Positions 19,201 through 29,789 of a stretch of 64,000 bases of DNA are shown here, piece after piece (position 1 is the first letter of the stretch; every line of letters begins with the position of its first letter). The translations under genes were made by a program, and so were the position numbers. Under the pieces are notes generated by a model. That model was given only the letters and a program-made list of their open reading frames with translations. It ran no database searches and had not been told where the DNA came from. This stretch comes from Armatimonadetes bacterium 55-13 (lineage in GTDB: Bacteria; Armatimonadota; Fimbriimonadia; Fimbriimonadales; Fimbriimonadaceae): the NCBI GenBank assembly GCA_001898035.1, contig MKRX01000027.1, positions 25,001-89,000 of the forward strand, read 5' to 3'.

Positions 19201-20043
19201 TCAGTCGCAGTCACTTACGCCGGGAATGTTGGGAGAGTAGAAGTACTCGCCCCAGAGCGGTCGACTCTTGTCCAAGGTCCGACCGAGTGAGCTAAATTTC
19301 GCGTGGCCATCAGCAAAGGCGTAATTAGCGCCGTTTTCAAACAAGTCCCAATTCGCGCGGTTTAAGAGGTTAGTTTTGTCGCTCGTCTGGGTCTTGAGGT
19401 CATTGCGGGCTTTGGTTTCGGTCATCAAGCCATAGGTGCCCGCGCCCGGAGTGCCCGTGAAGACTCGCGAGCCAAAGCCAACCGTACATGGCTGCCCCGG
19501 CAAGAATCCGCTGGCGCCCTTATAGCGAGTCACCGATCCTCCCGCCGGGAAGCTGTGTCGACGATTCGTGTTTAAGATCAACCCCGCCGGATCTCCAAAG
19601 ACGGAGAAGTTCACCGGCTGAAAGTCGTGCGCCGCCATCGCTGCGTAGTTCGTGATGTAAGAGTTGTAGTGAACGGGAGAAAAGCCGTGAACGTCCTCCG
19701 GTGAGTTGTCGGCGGGGGACCGGAAAACGTCTTCGTTCTTCACGTACGGATAAACCCACTCGATCCAGTAGACGCGGAAGTTGGCGGTCGGTGCGTACCC
19801 TCGGCTCGTCCAGTATGCGGAATCCACGTCAGTACTGGTTCGTACCATCATGTCGTCCCAATCGCCGTGATACATCTGGAGCGCCAAAGCCTGCTGCTTC
19901 AGGTTGCTCAAATCCACCGTCTTCTTTGCCGCCATCTTGGCCTTGGCGAAAACAGGGAAGAGAATCGCGGCCAAGATCGCGATGATGGCGATGACGACCA
20001 GGAGTTCGATGAGCGTAAAGGCTCGGTGAGTGCGCATTGTCAT
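19201..20043 (-). CDS. DUF1559 protein with a prepilin-type N-terminal cleavage/methylation domain (type IV pilin-like)
   Basis: N-terminus [31 protein letters not shown]-terminal [12 protein letters not shown]1559 signature. Confidence 0.8.
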   Translation of the reverse strand: MTMRTHRAFTLIELLVVIAIIAILAAILFPVFAKAKMAAKKTVDLSNLKQQALALQMYHGDWDDMMVRTSTDVDSAYWTSRGYAPTANFRVYWIEWVYPYVKNEDVFRSPADNSPEDVHGFSPVHYNSYITNYAAMAAHDFQPVNFSVFGDPAGLILNTNRRHSFPAGGSVTRYKGASGFLPGQPCTVGFGSRVFTGTPGAGTYGLMTETKARNDLKTQTSDKTNLLNRANWDLFENGANYAFADGHAKFSSLGRTLDKSRPLWGEYFYSPNIPGVSDCD

Positions 20044-20286
20044 GACGTAGTTGCCTTGAATGCCCGTAAATCGTCACTGAATCGAGTCAGTTAGGTTCAA
20101 ATTGTTAAGAACCTTTCGTCCTTCAATCCGTCTTAATTAAGTCTTAACTAGATTAACGATATATGGATCTTCGAAATAATGATAGAAGGATCAAAAAGGG
20201 GGTCGCAAGACACTTAACCGAACGTTAAACAAAGAACCCGATTCCCCGTATCGTCTCCGTTACACTCCAAACAAGGTCAACTCCCA

Positions 20287-20345
20287 CCAATCACGAATCG
20301 CCAATCACCAATCGCGAATCACGATTCCCCAATCCCTGTCGAATT
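20287..20345. promoter_or_regulatory. Cluster of CCAATC / CGAATCGCC repeats in a divergent promoter region
   Basis: ccaatcacgaatcgccaatcaccaatcgcgaatcacgattccccaatccctgtcgaa. A related copy is at 40122-40157. Confidence 0.4.
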
Positions 20346-20395
20346 TCCCCGCCTCCGTGCGACTAAGAAAAGATCAATGCCGTACAAGGAGAAAC

Positions 20396-21187
20396 ATGCC
20401 TGGCAACATCATTGAAGTTAAAGACCTGCGCAAAACCTATCCCGGAAACGTCGAAGCCGTTCGTGGTGTCTCGTTCCACGTCAAGGAGGGCCAGTTCTAC
20501 GGATTCCTGGGCCCGAACGGAGCGGGGAAGACCACCACCATGAACATGCTGGTCAACCTGGTGAAACGCACCAGTGGCGAGATCATCATCGATGGACAGC
20601 ATCTGGATCAGCACGCGAGGGACATCTACGCCAAGATCGGATTTGCAATGCAAGAGATCGGTCTGGACGAGACCGCAACCGCTCGAGAGATGCTCCAACT
20701 CCACGGTCGCCTCTATCACCTCCCCAAAGAGCGAATCGAGGAGCAAATCACCAAGCTCCTGAAACTGGTAGAACTGGAGAAAGTCGCCGACCGATACACC
20801 TCCACCTATTCGGGAGGCATGCGCCGCCGATTCGACCTTGCCCTTTCCCTTATCCACGAACCCAAGGTCCTCTTCCTCGATGAACCGACCCAGGGCCTCG
20901 ACCCTCACGCCCGCCAACTCATTTGGAACCACTTACGGGACCTGAACGAAAAGGGAATGACCATCTTTCTCACCACCCACTTTATGGATGAGGCGGAGGC
21001 GCTCTGCGATCACATCGCGATCATGGACAAGGGCCAGATCGTAACTCAGGGAAGCGTGGAAGAACTGGTCACCAAACACCAGGCGAAGAACCTAGAAGAC
21101 GTCTTCCTGAAGACCACCGGAAGCAACCTTGGCGATGAGGAAGTCAACCTCAAAGCCGCCGACCCCTATGCCCGCTCAAGGATGTAA
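20396..21187 (+). CDS. ABC transporter ATP-binding protein (ABC-2 type)
   Basis: Walker A GPNGAGKTT. Signature YSGGMRRR. Walker B LFLDEPT. RBS AAGGAGA. Confidence 0.85.
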   Translation: MPGNIIEVKDLRKTYPGNVEAVRGVSFHVKEGQFYGFLGPNGAGKTTTMNMLVNLVKRTSGEIIIDGQHLDQHARDIYAKIGFAMQEIGLDETATAREMLQLHGRLYHLPKERIEEQITKLLKLVELEKVADRYTSTYSGGMRRRFDLALSLIHEPKVLFLDEPTQGLDPHARQLIWNHLRDLNEKGMTIFLTTHFMDEAEALCDHIAIMDKGQIVTQGSVEELVTKHQAKNLEDVFLKTTGSNLGDEEVNLKAADPYARSRM

Positions 21188-21193
21188 TCGACT

Positions 21194-21964
21194 GTGACCA
21201 CATTTTTCTCTGACTGGTACTACCTCTCCATCCGCAGCATCAAGCAGATCTGGCGGCCCCTCTTGGCGCTGATCCCGTCGCTTTTTATTCCGCTGTTCTT
21301 CTTCGTCGTCAACTCGGCGTCCTTAAGCGCCTTTTCCAAGGTAGAAGGATTTCCCGAGGGCATCAGTTACAAAGACTTCATCGCTCCCGTCGCGCTCTTT
21401 ACCGCCATCTTCTTCTCCGCGGGGAACGCGGGAATTGAACTGGTCCAAGACATCTCCAGCGGCTACTTCAAGAAGCTGATCATCATGCCCATCAGTCGGC
21501 TCACCATCATCTTGGGCCGTCTGACCGAGGTCGCCTTCCAGGCCGTCTTCCAAGGGTTGATCGTTCTCGTCCTCCTGCTGGCGGTCGGCGTTCACATCAA
21601 GACGGGCATCCTGGGAACCATCGCGATCTTCGCCCTCCTCATGCTCTTCGCCATGGCCTGGAGTTGCGTCAGCATGATTTTCGCCCTTCGAACTCAAAAC
21701 GCACGGTTGGTGCAGTCGATGTTCGTGTTGGTGTTCCCGCTGCTCTACTTGACCACCTCGCAAGCGCCCAAGAACCTGCTCCCGCCGGTCTTTGCCGCTA
21801 TCGCCGAGAAGAACCCCGTGACTTACATCATTGAAGGGGTCCGGGCCCTAGTCCTCTACGATTGGAGTCATCCGGCCGTCTGGCAAGGGTTTGTCATCGC
21901 TCTTATCCTGTTCGTCGTGCTGGTCGCTCTCGCGCTCAACTCCTTCCAAAAGGCGTTGAAATAG
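21194..21964 (+). CDS. ABC-2 family transporter permease
   Basis: Six predicted TM helices. Lies immediately downstream of the ATPase. Confidence 0.7.
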   Translation: MTTFFSDWYYLSIRSIKQIWRPLLALIPSLFIPLFFFVVNSASLSAFSKVEGFPEGISYKDFIAPVALFTAIFFSAGNAGIELVQDISSGYFKKLIIMPISRLTIILGRLTEVAFQAVFQGLIVLVLLLAVGVHIKTGILGTIAIFALLMLFAMAWSCVSMIFALRTQNARLVQSMFVLVFPLLYLTTSQAPKNLLPPVFAAIAEKNPVTYIIEGVRALVLYDWSHPAVWQGFVIALILFVVLVALALNSFQKALK

Positions 21965-21965
21965 A

Positions 21966-24239
21966 TCACTTGGCCAGGTCTAAGACCTGGCCATCCTTGC
22001 GTAGCCGCTTCTGGAGCTTGTGATAGTCCAGTCGCTGAACGGGCACGTAGTCGTCCATCGAAAGCGCCGCTGCGGTCCCTGCCGATTGGCCCAAAATCAT
22101 AAACACCGGCTCCATTCGAATCGACCCGTAGGCGATATGCGTTGCCGAGACGCAGACCGGAACAATGAGATTGGGGCACTCGGTTTCCCGGGGCAACAGG
22201 CAGCCGTAGTCAATTCGATAGGCGCCGCCTGCCGACTGCTGCACGTCTCCCTCGTTCATCAGTGTCCCGTCTTCCCGAGCCATACGCCGCACGTTATGAG
22301 AGTCCATGTTGTACGAGCCCATGCCGACTGAATTCACCTCGCGAGACTTGTCTCGTAAACTTCCTTCCGTGGCTACCACTTCTCCCAACATGCGCCGCGC
22401 CTCCCGAATATAAAGCTGATGCGGCCAGCCCCCGTGGTCCACAAACTCGTCGTTGGGTAGTCCCCAATCAGCGTACTTCTTCCGAATCGACTCCGGAACC
22501 CGCGGGCTATTCTGGAGTGTCCACAGCAGCCCCTTTTGCCAGTCTTCATGGGCTTTGGCAATCGCTTCTCGCTGTGCGTATCCCGCATCGGGATAGTCAT
22601 AGTTCCGGCCAATAAAGTCGGTCGAGAGCCCGCCGGAATTGTTCGAGTCCGTCTTCATGTTGGGAATGGCGTCTAGCTTGAAGAAGGTCCCCGTCTGACC
22701 TGCTTCGATGGATCGGATTAGAATCTCGTAGTCTGACTCCCGATATCCCTTCGGTTTCTCAACCTTGATCCGATTGTTCGGAGAGTTGGTCAGACACATT
22801 CGGTAGCAGTACGCCTGAATACGAGCATCCGCCGATCCATCCTCCGAGGCATCGAACGGCTCAACTCCCGCCAGCAGTCCGCTCTTGGGATCGCCCGCTC
22901 GCCGAAAAGCGCTGATCCCCTTAGGCACTTGGTTCTTCAAGGCGTGGCCGGTTTGAACGCCGTTCAGAGTTTCGCCATACTGGGCATTCGCCTCTCGACC
23001 GACGGTATAGCTGACCCCCGCCTTCGCCATCAGGTCACCTTCGTAAGTGGCATCGATGAAGGTAACCCCCACGTACTTGTGGCCCGCTTCCGTACGGATG
23101 CCCACAATCTTCTTGCCCATCTTGAGAACGCCATCATTCAGATCGAGCCGACCGTGAACCACCGGAATCCGGGCTTCCTCAATCATCGCGTCGAAGATGC
23201 CCTCCGCCACATGAGGTTCAAAGAGCCACATCGTCTGCGTCTTGTCGTCACGCGCCTTGGTCCCCTGGGCCGCGCTCTTGAAGGAGTTCTTAGGCTGCCA
23301 ATACCAGTTGTCCTCCTTTCCATAGTGCTCGTAGATGCGGTGATAGAACTCCTTGGAAAGCCCCCCAATGGTGCGAATATCCCCGGAATCGGTCCAACCT
23401 AAACCGCCACTGGTCAGCCCGCCAAGGTGAACGTCTGGGGAAATCAGGAGAACGCTTTTACCCATCCGCTTCGCCTGTACTGCCGCCGTAACCGCTGCCG
23501 AGGTGCCTCCGTAAACCACAATGTCGAACACCTTATCGGCTTGCTCGATGGCGTCCGCCTCCCAAGTGCCCAGGCTCTCCAAGACGGTGTCCCGAACCAC
23601 CTGCCGATAGCCCGCTGGACTAGGATGAAGGCCATCCGGCACGAGTTTCTTATAGGCTTCATCGCCCCGATTCAGAACCCTCTGCCAAGCCGCTTCATGG
23701 TCGATCAGCCGTGTTCCTTTCCGCTTCGCCATCTCCCGCACCATCTCAAAGTAGGTGTCTAGATGCGGTCGATGCCCAGGATCGCCGGCGGGCCGACCAA
23801 TCACCGGGTTGGTGATCTGAAGGATGATGTCCACCTTGGGGTTTTGAACCCGAAGCCGGTCGATCATCGTCTCCAGGTTCTTCCGCGCCCGGCTCACGGG
23901 CAGATTGAATCGAGCGACCGAATCGTTCACCGCAAACTCAATGAACACGACGTCGGGGTTCTTCGGCAGAACCCGCTCGTTGAGGTTCTCAAGCCCCCAA
24001 TCGGAGTTCATCCCGCTCTTCGCCGCGTTCGTCCAGATCGCGTGCCCCAGGTATCGCTCTTTCAGGGCGTCCGCTACCTGCTGAGACCATGCGCCCCCCG
24101 CCGTCAAACTCGTGCCGTAAACCACCACATTGAGCGACTCGCCATGGGCAAGCCGAACCGCCATCGGCTCTTGTGCCATCGCCAAACTGGCCATCCCACC
24201 CAACACCAACGCAAGAGCTGACTTCCTGATCATCCCCAT
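21966..24239 (-). CDS. Secreted bifunctional protein: N-terminal SGNH/GDSL hydrolase (carbohydrate esterase-like) fused to a C-terminal FAD-dependent oxidoreductase (xanthan-lyase-like FAD_oxidored family)
   Basis: Signal peptide. SGNH blocks VVYGTSLTAG, FAVND and DGLHPSPAGY. Then DIVVYGGTSAAVTAAVQAKRMG FAD-binding GxGxxG and downstream FAD_oxidored-like regions. Confidence 0.7.
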   Translation of the reverse strand: MGMIRKSALALVLGGMASLAMAQEPMAVRLAHGESLNVVVYGTSLTAGGAWSQQVADALKERYLGHAIWTNAAKSGMNSDWGLENLNERVLPKNPDVVFIEFAVNDSVARFNLPVSRARKNLETMIDRLRVQNPKVDIILQITNPVIGRPAGDPGHRPHLDTYFEMVREMAKRKGTRLIDHEAAWQRVLNRGDEAYKKLVPDGLHPSPAGYRQVVRDTVLESLGTWEADAIEQADKVFDIVVYGGTSAAVTAAVQAKRMGKSVLLISPDVHLGGLTSGGLGWTDSGDIRTIGGLSKEFYHRIYEHYGKEDNWYWQPKNSFKSAAQGTKARDDKTQTMWLFEPHVAEGIFDAMIEEARIPVVHGRLDLNDGVLKMGKKIVGIRTEAGHKYVGVTFIDATYEGDLMAKAGVSYTVGREANAQYGETLNGVQTGHALKNQVPKGISAFRRAGDPKSGLLAGVEPFDASEDGSADARIQAYCYRMCLTNSPNNRIKVEKPKGYRESDYEILIRSIEAGQTGTFFKLDAIPNMKTDSNNSGGLSTDFIGRNYDYPDAGYAQREAIAKAHEDWQKGLLWTLQNSPRVPESIRKKYADWGLPNDEFVDHGGWPHQLYIREARRMLGEVVATEGSLRDKSREVNSVGMGSYNMDSHNVRRMAREDGTLMNEGDVQQSAGGAYRIDYGCLLPRETECPNLIVPVCVSATHIAYGSIRMEPVFMILGQSAGTAAALSMDDYVPVQRLDYHKLQKRLRKDGQVLDLAK

Positions 24240-24295
24240 CTATTCTGCCCGACCCACAGAAAGGAGCGGGCATACTAGGGGACTCACGAGGTCTC

Positions 24296-26932
24296 ATGGT
24301 TTCCGCTCTCCTACTCTCCGCTGTTGTCACGATCGTCCCTGCTCAACTCCCGGATAACGTCCTTTCCCTTCGCTCAACTGAGATCGATGGAGGAAAGCAG
24401 ACGTGGACCATGAAACAAATGGACCAAATCGGAAGCGGGGAAGCCGTCTCCAAAGCCGACTACGACGATGAAAAATGGCTTCGAGCCATCGTCCCGGGCA
24501 CCGTCCTCACCAGCCTCGTCGCGAACCGAGTCCTCCCTGAACCCTACTTCGGGCTCAACAACGTCGCCGATCTCAAGCTCATTCCAGACCTCGCCGAAAC
24601 CGGCCCCGATTTCTACACCTTCTGGTTCCGAACCGAATTCGACACCCCACGCTCATTCCGTGGCAAGCACCTGACGCTTCAGTTCGACGGCATCAACTAC
24701 CGCGCCGAGGTCTGGCTCAACGGCCATCACCTGGGCAATCTTGCCGGAATGTTCAACCGAGGCCGATTGGACGCGACTCCTTACATGGCTAAGAAAGGGA
24801 AGAACGCCCTCGCCATCAAGGTCTTTCCCGTTGACAACCCCGGCGGCCTTCGTGCCAAATCCAATAGCCCCCGCGCCCCCGGCGAGAACATCAACGGCGG
24901 CGACGGCACGATCGGAAAAGACGTCACCATGCTGATGAGCGTCGGCTGGGACTTCACCTTCGCCGACGGCATCCGCGACCGCAACACCGGTATCTGGCGA
25001 GACGTCAAACTCGTCGCCACCGGCCCCGTCGCGCTCAAGAACCCCTTCGTAAAATCCAAGATCGATCTCCCCTCTGCCAATTCCGCCGAAGAAGCCGTAG
25101 TCGTCGAGGCGGAAAACGTCACCGACGAACCCCAAACCGCCCAAGTCCAGGTAGAAATTCCCGCGACCAAGGCGAAGCGATCCCAAGAGGTCACCCTCGC
25201 CCCCCGCGAGACGAAAGAAGTCGTCTTTGAACCCATCGAAGTCCAAAAACCCCGCCTCTGGTGGCCGCTGAACAAGGGCGAGCAGTACCTCTACGACCTG
25301 AAGGCCGAGGTCATAGTCGGCAAACAAACCAGCGACCGCCTCAAAACCAAATTCGGCATCCGAGAGATCCGCTCTGATCTCAACACCCCCGACAAGAGCC
25401 GAATGTTCTACGTGAACGGCCATCGCTTCTTCGTACGCGGGAGTAACTGGATCCCCGAGGCCATGCTTCGAAACTCCCGCGCCCGAACCGAAGCCGAACT
25501 TCGCTACACCGCCCAGTCCGGTGTGAACTTCCTTCGTCAATGGGGTGGCGGCATCACCGAGTCGGATGACTTCTATGAACTCTGCGATGAACTCGGAATC
25601 ATCGTCTGGACCGAGTTCTGGCAAACCGGCAACACCACCAAGCCCACCGATCCGATTCTCTACCGGGCCAACGTCGCCGACACCGTAAAACGCATCCGCA
25701 ACCACGCCTGCAACGGCTACTACGTTTCCGCCAACGAACGAGACGACATCATCCCCATCAAGGATCTGCTCGACCAACTTGATGGAACGACTGGATATCA
25801 AATCCAATCCGAGGTCTCCGGCATCCACGACGGCAGCCCCTACAAGTACGTCAACCCGATGTACTACTACGACGACACCGCCAGTCCCCGGGGAAGTCGC
25901 ATCAACGGCTTCTGCCCCGAGTACGGAACCCCCATCTTGCCCACCGTCGAGTGTCTCCGCGAGATGATGCCGGAAAAAGATCTCTGGCCCGTCAATAGGG
26001 ATGTCTGGAACTACCTCGACGGAGGCGGTTTCCACCTCGTCGCCACCGACTACAAAACCGCAGTCGATCAGTACGGCCCGTCAACGTCCATTGATGAGTT
26101 CGCCAAAAAGGCTCAAGCCGTCGGCGCCATCGGCTACCGAGGCATCTGGGAGTGCTGGAACGAGAACCGCTACGAATACGGCGACCGATTCACCTCCGGC
26201 TTCCTCTTCTGGTACCACAACAGCCCTGTGCCGCAAGTGGCGGGAAGAATGTGGGATTGGTCACTCGAACCCACCGCCGCCCTCTACTTCACCCAAGACG
26301 CCCTCGAACCCATTCACGCCCAGTTCGATTTCATCAAAAACACCGTCAGCGTCAACAACGAGTTCATACGGGAATTTAAAGGGGTAAAAGTTCGGGCTCG
26401 AATCTTCGACATCGATTCGCAAGTCCGCTTTGACAAGACCGTGTCCACCGACCTCCCCCTAGACGGCGTCGCTAACGATATCCTCAAACTCGATTTCCCA
26501 GAAGCCTTCGCTCCGATCCAGTTCATCCGGCTTGATGTTACGGATTCCGAAGGCAAGCCGATCTCCGACACGTTCTACTGGCGATCCAGCCAAGCCTATG
26601 CCGGCCCCAAAACCCTGTCCGGTCCCCTTTACGGCGGATTCGAGCCCCTGCAAAACCTCGCTTCAGCGAAGGTTGAAATGTCGACTTCCAGCAAGAAGTC
26701 GAAGGGCAAAACGGTATGGACGGCCAAGCTCACGAACCCAAGCTCGAAGATTGCCTTCCTCATCCAGCTAAAGCTCCAAGACGAAAAGACCAGCCGCCCC
26801 ATCCGCCCGGCTTTCTATTCCGATAACTGGATCTCGTTGCTCCCCGGAGAATCCCGAACGATCACCATCGAGACGGCTCAGCCCAACCGGGCCAAGCTCG
26901 TCCTTGATGGCTGGAACCTCGCCAGAAACTAA
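24296..26932 (+). CDS. Glycoside hydrolase family 2 protein (beta-mannosidase / exo-glucosaminidase-like)
   Basis: GH2 sugar-binding-domain signatures (LQFDGINYRAEVWLNGHHLG). About 878 aa with a TIM-barrel region containing NGHRFFVRGSNW. Confidence 0.75.
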   Translation: MVSALLLSAVVTIVPAQLPDNVLSLRSTEIDGGKQTWTMKQMDQIGSGEAVSKADYDDEKWLRAIVPGTVLTSLVANRVLPEPYFGLNNVADLKLIPDLAETGPDFYTFWFRTEFDTPRSFRGKHLTLQFDGINYRAEVWLNGHHLGNLAGMFNRGRLDATPYMAKKGKNALAIKVFPVDNPGGLRAKSNSPRAPGENINGGDGTIGKDVTMLMSVGWDFTFADGIRDRNTGIWRDVKLVATGPVALKNPFVKSKIDLPSANSAEEAVVVEAENVTDEPQTAQVQVEIPATKAKRSQEVTLAPRETKEVVFEPIEVQKPRLWWPLNKGEQYLYDLKAEVIVGKQTSDRLKTKFGIREIRSDLNTPDKSRMFYVNGHRFFVRGSNWIPEAMLRNSRARTEAELRYTAQSGVNFLRQWGGGITESDDFYELCDELGIIVWTEFWQTGNTTKPTDPILYRANVADTVKRIRNHACNGYYVSANERDDIIPIKDLLDQLDGTTGYQIQSEVSGIHDGSPYKYVNPMYYYDDTASPRGSRINGFCPEYGTPILPTVECLREMMPEKDLWPVNRDVWNYLDGGGFHLVATDYKTAVDQYGPSTSIDEFAKKAQAVGAIGYRGIWECWNENRYEYGDRFTSGFLFWYHNSPVPQVAGRMWDWSLEPTAALYFTQDALEPIHAQFDFIKNTVSVNNEFIREFKGVKVRARIFDIDSQVRFDKTVSTDLPLDGVANDILKLDFPEAFAPIQFIRLDVTDSEGKPISDTFYWRSSQAYAGPKTLSGPLYGGFEPLQNLASAKVEMSTSSKKSKGKTVWTAKLTNPSSKIAFLIQLKLQDEKTSRPIRPAFYSDNWISLLPGESRTITIETAQPNRAKLVLDGWNLARN

Positions 26933-29055
26933 CGCCGTCCGTCCAGCACCAACTCCGCCAAGCCATCCTTGCCGTGAACTTCCACGGTAAAGGTGGCCCC
27001 CGGCGTCAACTTGGCCGAACCCCGAAGCGACCGAACCTTCACGCTGTCTCGCGAGACTCCCGACAGCGTCACCGGTCCCTCACCCTTCGCAAACCGAATG
27101 CGAACCCGCAATCCATCCCCCGAGTCCACCATCGATTCGATTCGCTGCTTGCCCGTCGGCACGATCTTCCCAAGGTCGCCAAAGAGCGCCACGCCCGTCT
27201 TCGTCACCGGAGCCAACATGAAGTACCCGTAGCCCGTCTGCGGCAGTGAAAGCCCAACCGGTGCCTTTGAATCCACATAGCTCACAAACTTGCCCGTCAC
27301 CAAATTCACCAGCGCCGTTCGAACCGCCGAACCCTGAGCAGAGAAGTTCAGCGACGAGTCAGACCGCCGGAACGCGAACAAGTAGCGAGTCTCCAACGCG
27401 CCATGACGGGTAACCGTCGAGGCCACAAACGGCAACCCATTCTTCACCGCCTCGTTCTGATAGGTGGCGTCCGTCGGCACAATCGGCTCATCCGGCTTCA
27501 CCAAAACTCCGTCGGGCCGAGCTGCCTTCAAGATGTTCGCCTTGTCCTCGCGACCAATCGCGTCGCCCGTCCCCACCGGCCCAGCCGAGAGCGCCGCCAG
27601 CGTCATATTGCCCATCTCCGAACTCTTGAAAACGTCTGCCCAGGGCAGAGCCCCAACCCCTTCAGCCAACGGAGTCGTAAACAAAAACGCCGCCCACTTT
27701 CGAGGCTCAAATCGATCTTGCGAGGTCCGAATCGTCGTGAGGTTCGAATACTTCACCCCCTGCATCATGTTCCGCGGCAGCGCCATGCAGTACTGAAGCG
27801 TCAATCCCTCTTTCTTCATGGAGTGAGCCATCCCATCCATGAACAGCTCTGCCTTCCCAACCTTCGTGAAGAACTCGGGGCTGTTGTTGTAAATGCGATC
27901 CAACCAGTCCTGCTCAAAGCAAGTCACGCCGGACTCCCGCAGATAGGCCGCCGTCTCACTCCAATACTTCGGATCCACCGGCGCCACTCCAGACACCTTG
28001 TACTTGGACCTCAATGGACTCTGCGTGTCAATCCACCGGCTGTGCACCGCAAACGGCATCCCCGCCGACTTGGAAAACGCCTGAAGTCCATTCGGAAACA
28101 GATCGGGAGAAGCCTTGTACTCCAAAATTCCGCCGTACCGATTCCAGTCCAACGCCGGGAACTTCGAGTTCTTCAGCTCCGGTCCTCGCTCCCCTGAAAT
28201 CGAATCCGAGAGCTTCCGGTACCACCAACTGTCCAATTGCAAGTACCCGACCGGCACCCCGTTTGCCTTATAGGATTGCAGCAGGTCCAAAATCGTCTTG
28301 GCATAACCCTTCGCCGGATCGTAGTTGTAGTAGTAGTCCGCCCCGTTGTCCGTCCAGTAGCCAAACTTCTCGATCAACACGTCCGAATCGGGACCCGAAG
28401 GCTTCTTGCTGTAAAGCTTCCGCAAGTCGCTGCCCCACTGCTTCCAAGCCTTCCCAATCCCTTGCTCCAGCACCAACAAGCTGTCTTGCCGGAGCCCTTT
28501 CGGAACGCTCTCCAGCCGAGTGTTCAAACTGACGCCAATAGAGTCTTTACCGTCCCCCACCATCTTCGCGACCATAAACGTCGAAGCGGGTGAGAGCACC
28601 GCCGCATGGTTGTTTCGATCAAACAGTAACGCCGGAGTTCCGTTGTCCGCAAGTCCAAAGGTGTAAGGTGCAAAGGCGTCCTCTCGGTAGCTGAAAACCG
28701 AAATCCGCGAAGGCATCGTCGTGAAATGCGGAAACGCCTCCGGCTTGTCCGCTGCCGTCAGGTACTCCAGAGAGAACTTCAAAGAAGACGATCCCTCGTA
28801 CGCTCGAATCGTCCCTCGCCGCCCCGGCCACTCCAGAATCAGATCCTCGTACTTGCCAATCGCGTCCGAACCCGTCCGCTTTGAATGCCGACTAATCGGC
28901 CCCGGCGCCTTCCCCGCAAACTTCCATCCCGTCGCAGGATCTAAGACCACATACTCACTCGCCGAAGGATCGAATCGAACCAGAACCTTCTCCGTCGCTA
29001 TTGCCGAAACCGGCAGCAACAGTCCCAACGCCAAGCTCACTCGCGAAAGACACAT
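26929..29055 (-). CDS. Secreted putative glycoside hydrolase (TIM-barrel-like, family unassigned)
   Basis: Signal peptide MCLSRVSLALGLLLPVSAIA. Aromatic/acid-rich core (GYLQLDSWWY, FEQDWLD) suggestive of a glycosidase. 4-bp overlap with the GH2 gene. Confidence 0.45.
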   Translation of the reverse strand: MCLSRVSLALGLLLPVSAIATEKVLVRFDPSASEYVVLDPATGWKFAGKAPGPISRHSKRTGSDAIGKYEDLILEWPGRRGTIRAYEGSSSLKFSLEYLTAADKPEAFPHFTTMPSRISVFSYREDAFAPYTFGLADNGTPALLFDRNNHAAVLSPASTFMVAKMVGDGKDSIGVSLNTRLESVPKGLRQDSLLVLEQGIGKAWKQWGSDLRKLYSKKPSGPDSDVLIEKFGYWTDNGADYYYNYDPAKGYAKTILDLLQSYKANGVPVGYLQLDSWWYRKLSDSISGERGPELKNSKFPALDWNRYGGILEYKASPDLFPNGLQAFSKSAGMPFAVHSRWIDTQSPLRSKYKVSGVAPVDPKYWSETAAYLRESGVTCFEQDWLDRIYNNSPEFFTKVGKAELFMDGMAHSMKKEGLTLQYCMALPRNMMQGVKYSNLTTIRTSQDRFEPRKWAAFLFTTPLAEGVGALPWADVFKSSEMGNMTLAALSAGPVGTGDAIGREDKANILKAARPDGVLVKPDEPIVPTDATYQNEAVKNGLPFVASTVTRHGALETRYLFAFRRSDSSLNFSAQGSAVRTALVNLVTGKFVSYVDSKAPVGLSLPQTGYGYFMLAPVTKTGVALFGDLGKIVPTGKQRIESMVDSGDGLRVRIRFAKGEGPVTLSGVSRDSVKVRSLRGSAKLTPGATFTVEVHGKDGLAELVLDGRR

Positions 29056-29072
29056 GCCCGCGAGTTTAACCC

Positions 29073-29789
29073 TTATCGACTCGGTAGCTTCAAAACGCCA
29101 AGACAAACGAAGTGAACCATCGGGGGCTTCTCACCCACGGGAACAGGTACAGAGGGCTCCAACCAATACTCATCGTCCCCCTGAAAGACCACCGAGTCCC
29201 CTTGCTCCATCTCAAATACCCGACCCCGAATCGACATCCGTAACCCACCCCGCAAAAGGTGACAAACATAGGTATAGCCAAACGCATCCGGCGGCGTCAC
29301 ATCCCGACTGAAAAACTCACCCAAGTTGTACTGGAAGTAACCCGCCGACATTCCGCCCCCCATCGTCTTCACGAACCCCCGAGAGAGCCCCGCGTGCCCC
29401 AAACGATGCCGCTCCGCCTCGTCCTGGATCTCATCCGGATCGCTCCGCAATCGCGTTTCCGCCAACTCAGGCTGAGCCTGAATCAGCCGCCGCAGATGCT
29501 GCTCCGCATCCTCCACCGCCGCAAAGAACCACCGCCCCTCGTCACGCCGAATGAGCCGTTCCCGCTCGTCACTCAATAAATCGGGATCCCACAACCGCCC
29601 AACGTACGCCCCAAACCCAAGCGCAATCTTCTGCTCCGTCCGAATCGTGCACCCCTCGCCCCGCTCGATCTTCAAGATCGTCTTCGTCGAAACGCCCGCC
29701 CGCTCGGACAACTCCCGAACGCCCCAGCCCCGCAAAGCCCGAAACGCCCGGACGTTCCGCGCAAACACCATGAGGTCCCGTTCTTCCAT
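29073..29789 (-). CDS. XRE-family HTH transcriptional regulator with a C-terminal cupin domain
   Basis: HTH RELSERAGVSTKTILKIERGE. The C-terminal half resembles a cupin sensor domain. Divergent from the DUF1559 gene. Confidence 0.7.
   Translation of the reverse strand: MEERDLMVFARNVRAFRALRGWGVRELSERAGVSTKTILKIERGEGCTIRTEQKIALGFGAYVGRLWDPDLLSDERERLIRRDEGRWFFAAVEDAEQHLRRLIQAQPELAETRLRSDPDEIQDEAERHRLGHAGLSRGFVKTMGGGMSAGYFQYNLGEFFSRDVTPPDAFGYTYVCHLLRGGLRMSIRGRVFEMEQGDSVVFQGDDEYWLEPSVPVPVGEKPPMVHFVCLGVLKLPSR

Noticed and set aside
24653-26035. 460-aa minus-strand ORF inside the GH2 gene
   Set aside because: Gly/Asp/Val-rich low-complexity translation antisense to a well-supported GH2 ORF.
27403-28197. 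264-aa plus-strand ORF inside the 26929-29055 glycosidase-like gene
   Set aside because: Arg/His/Pro-rich antisense artefact.
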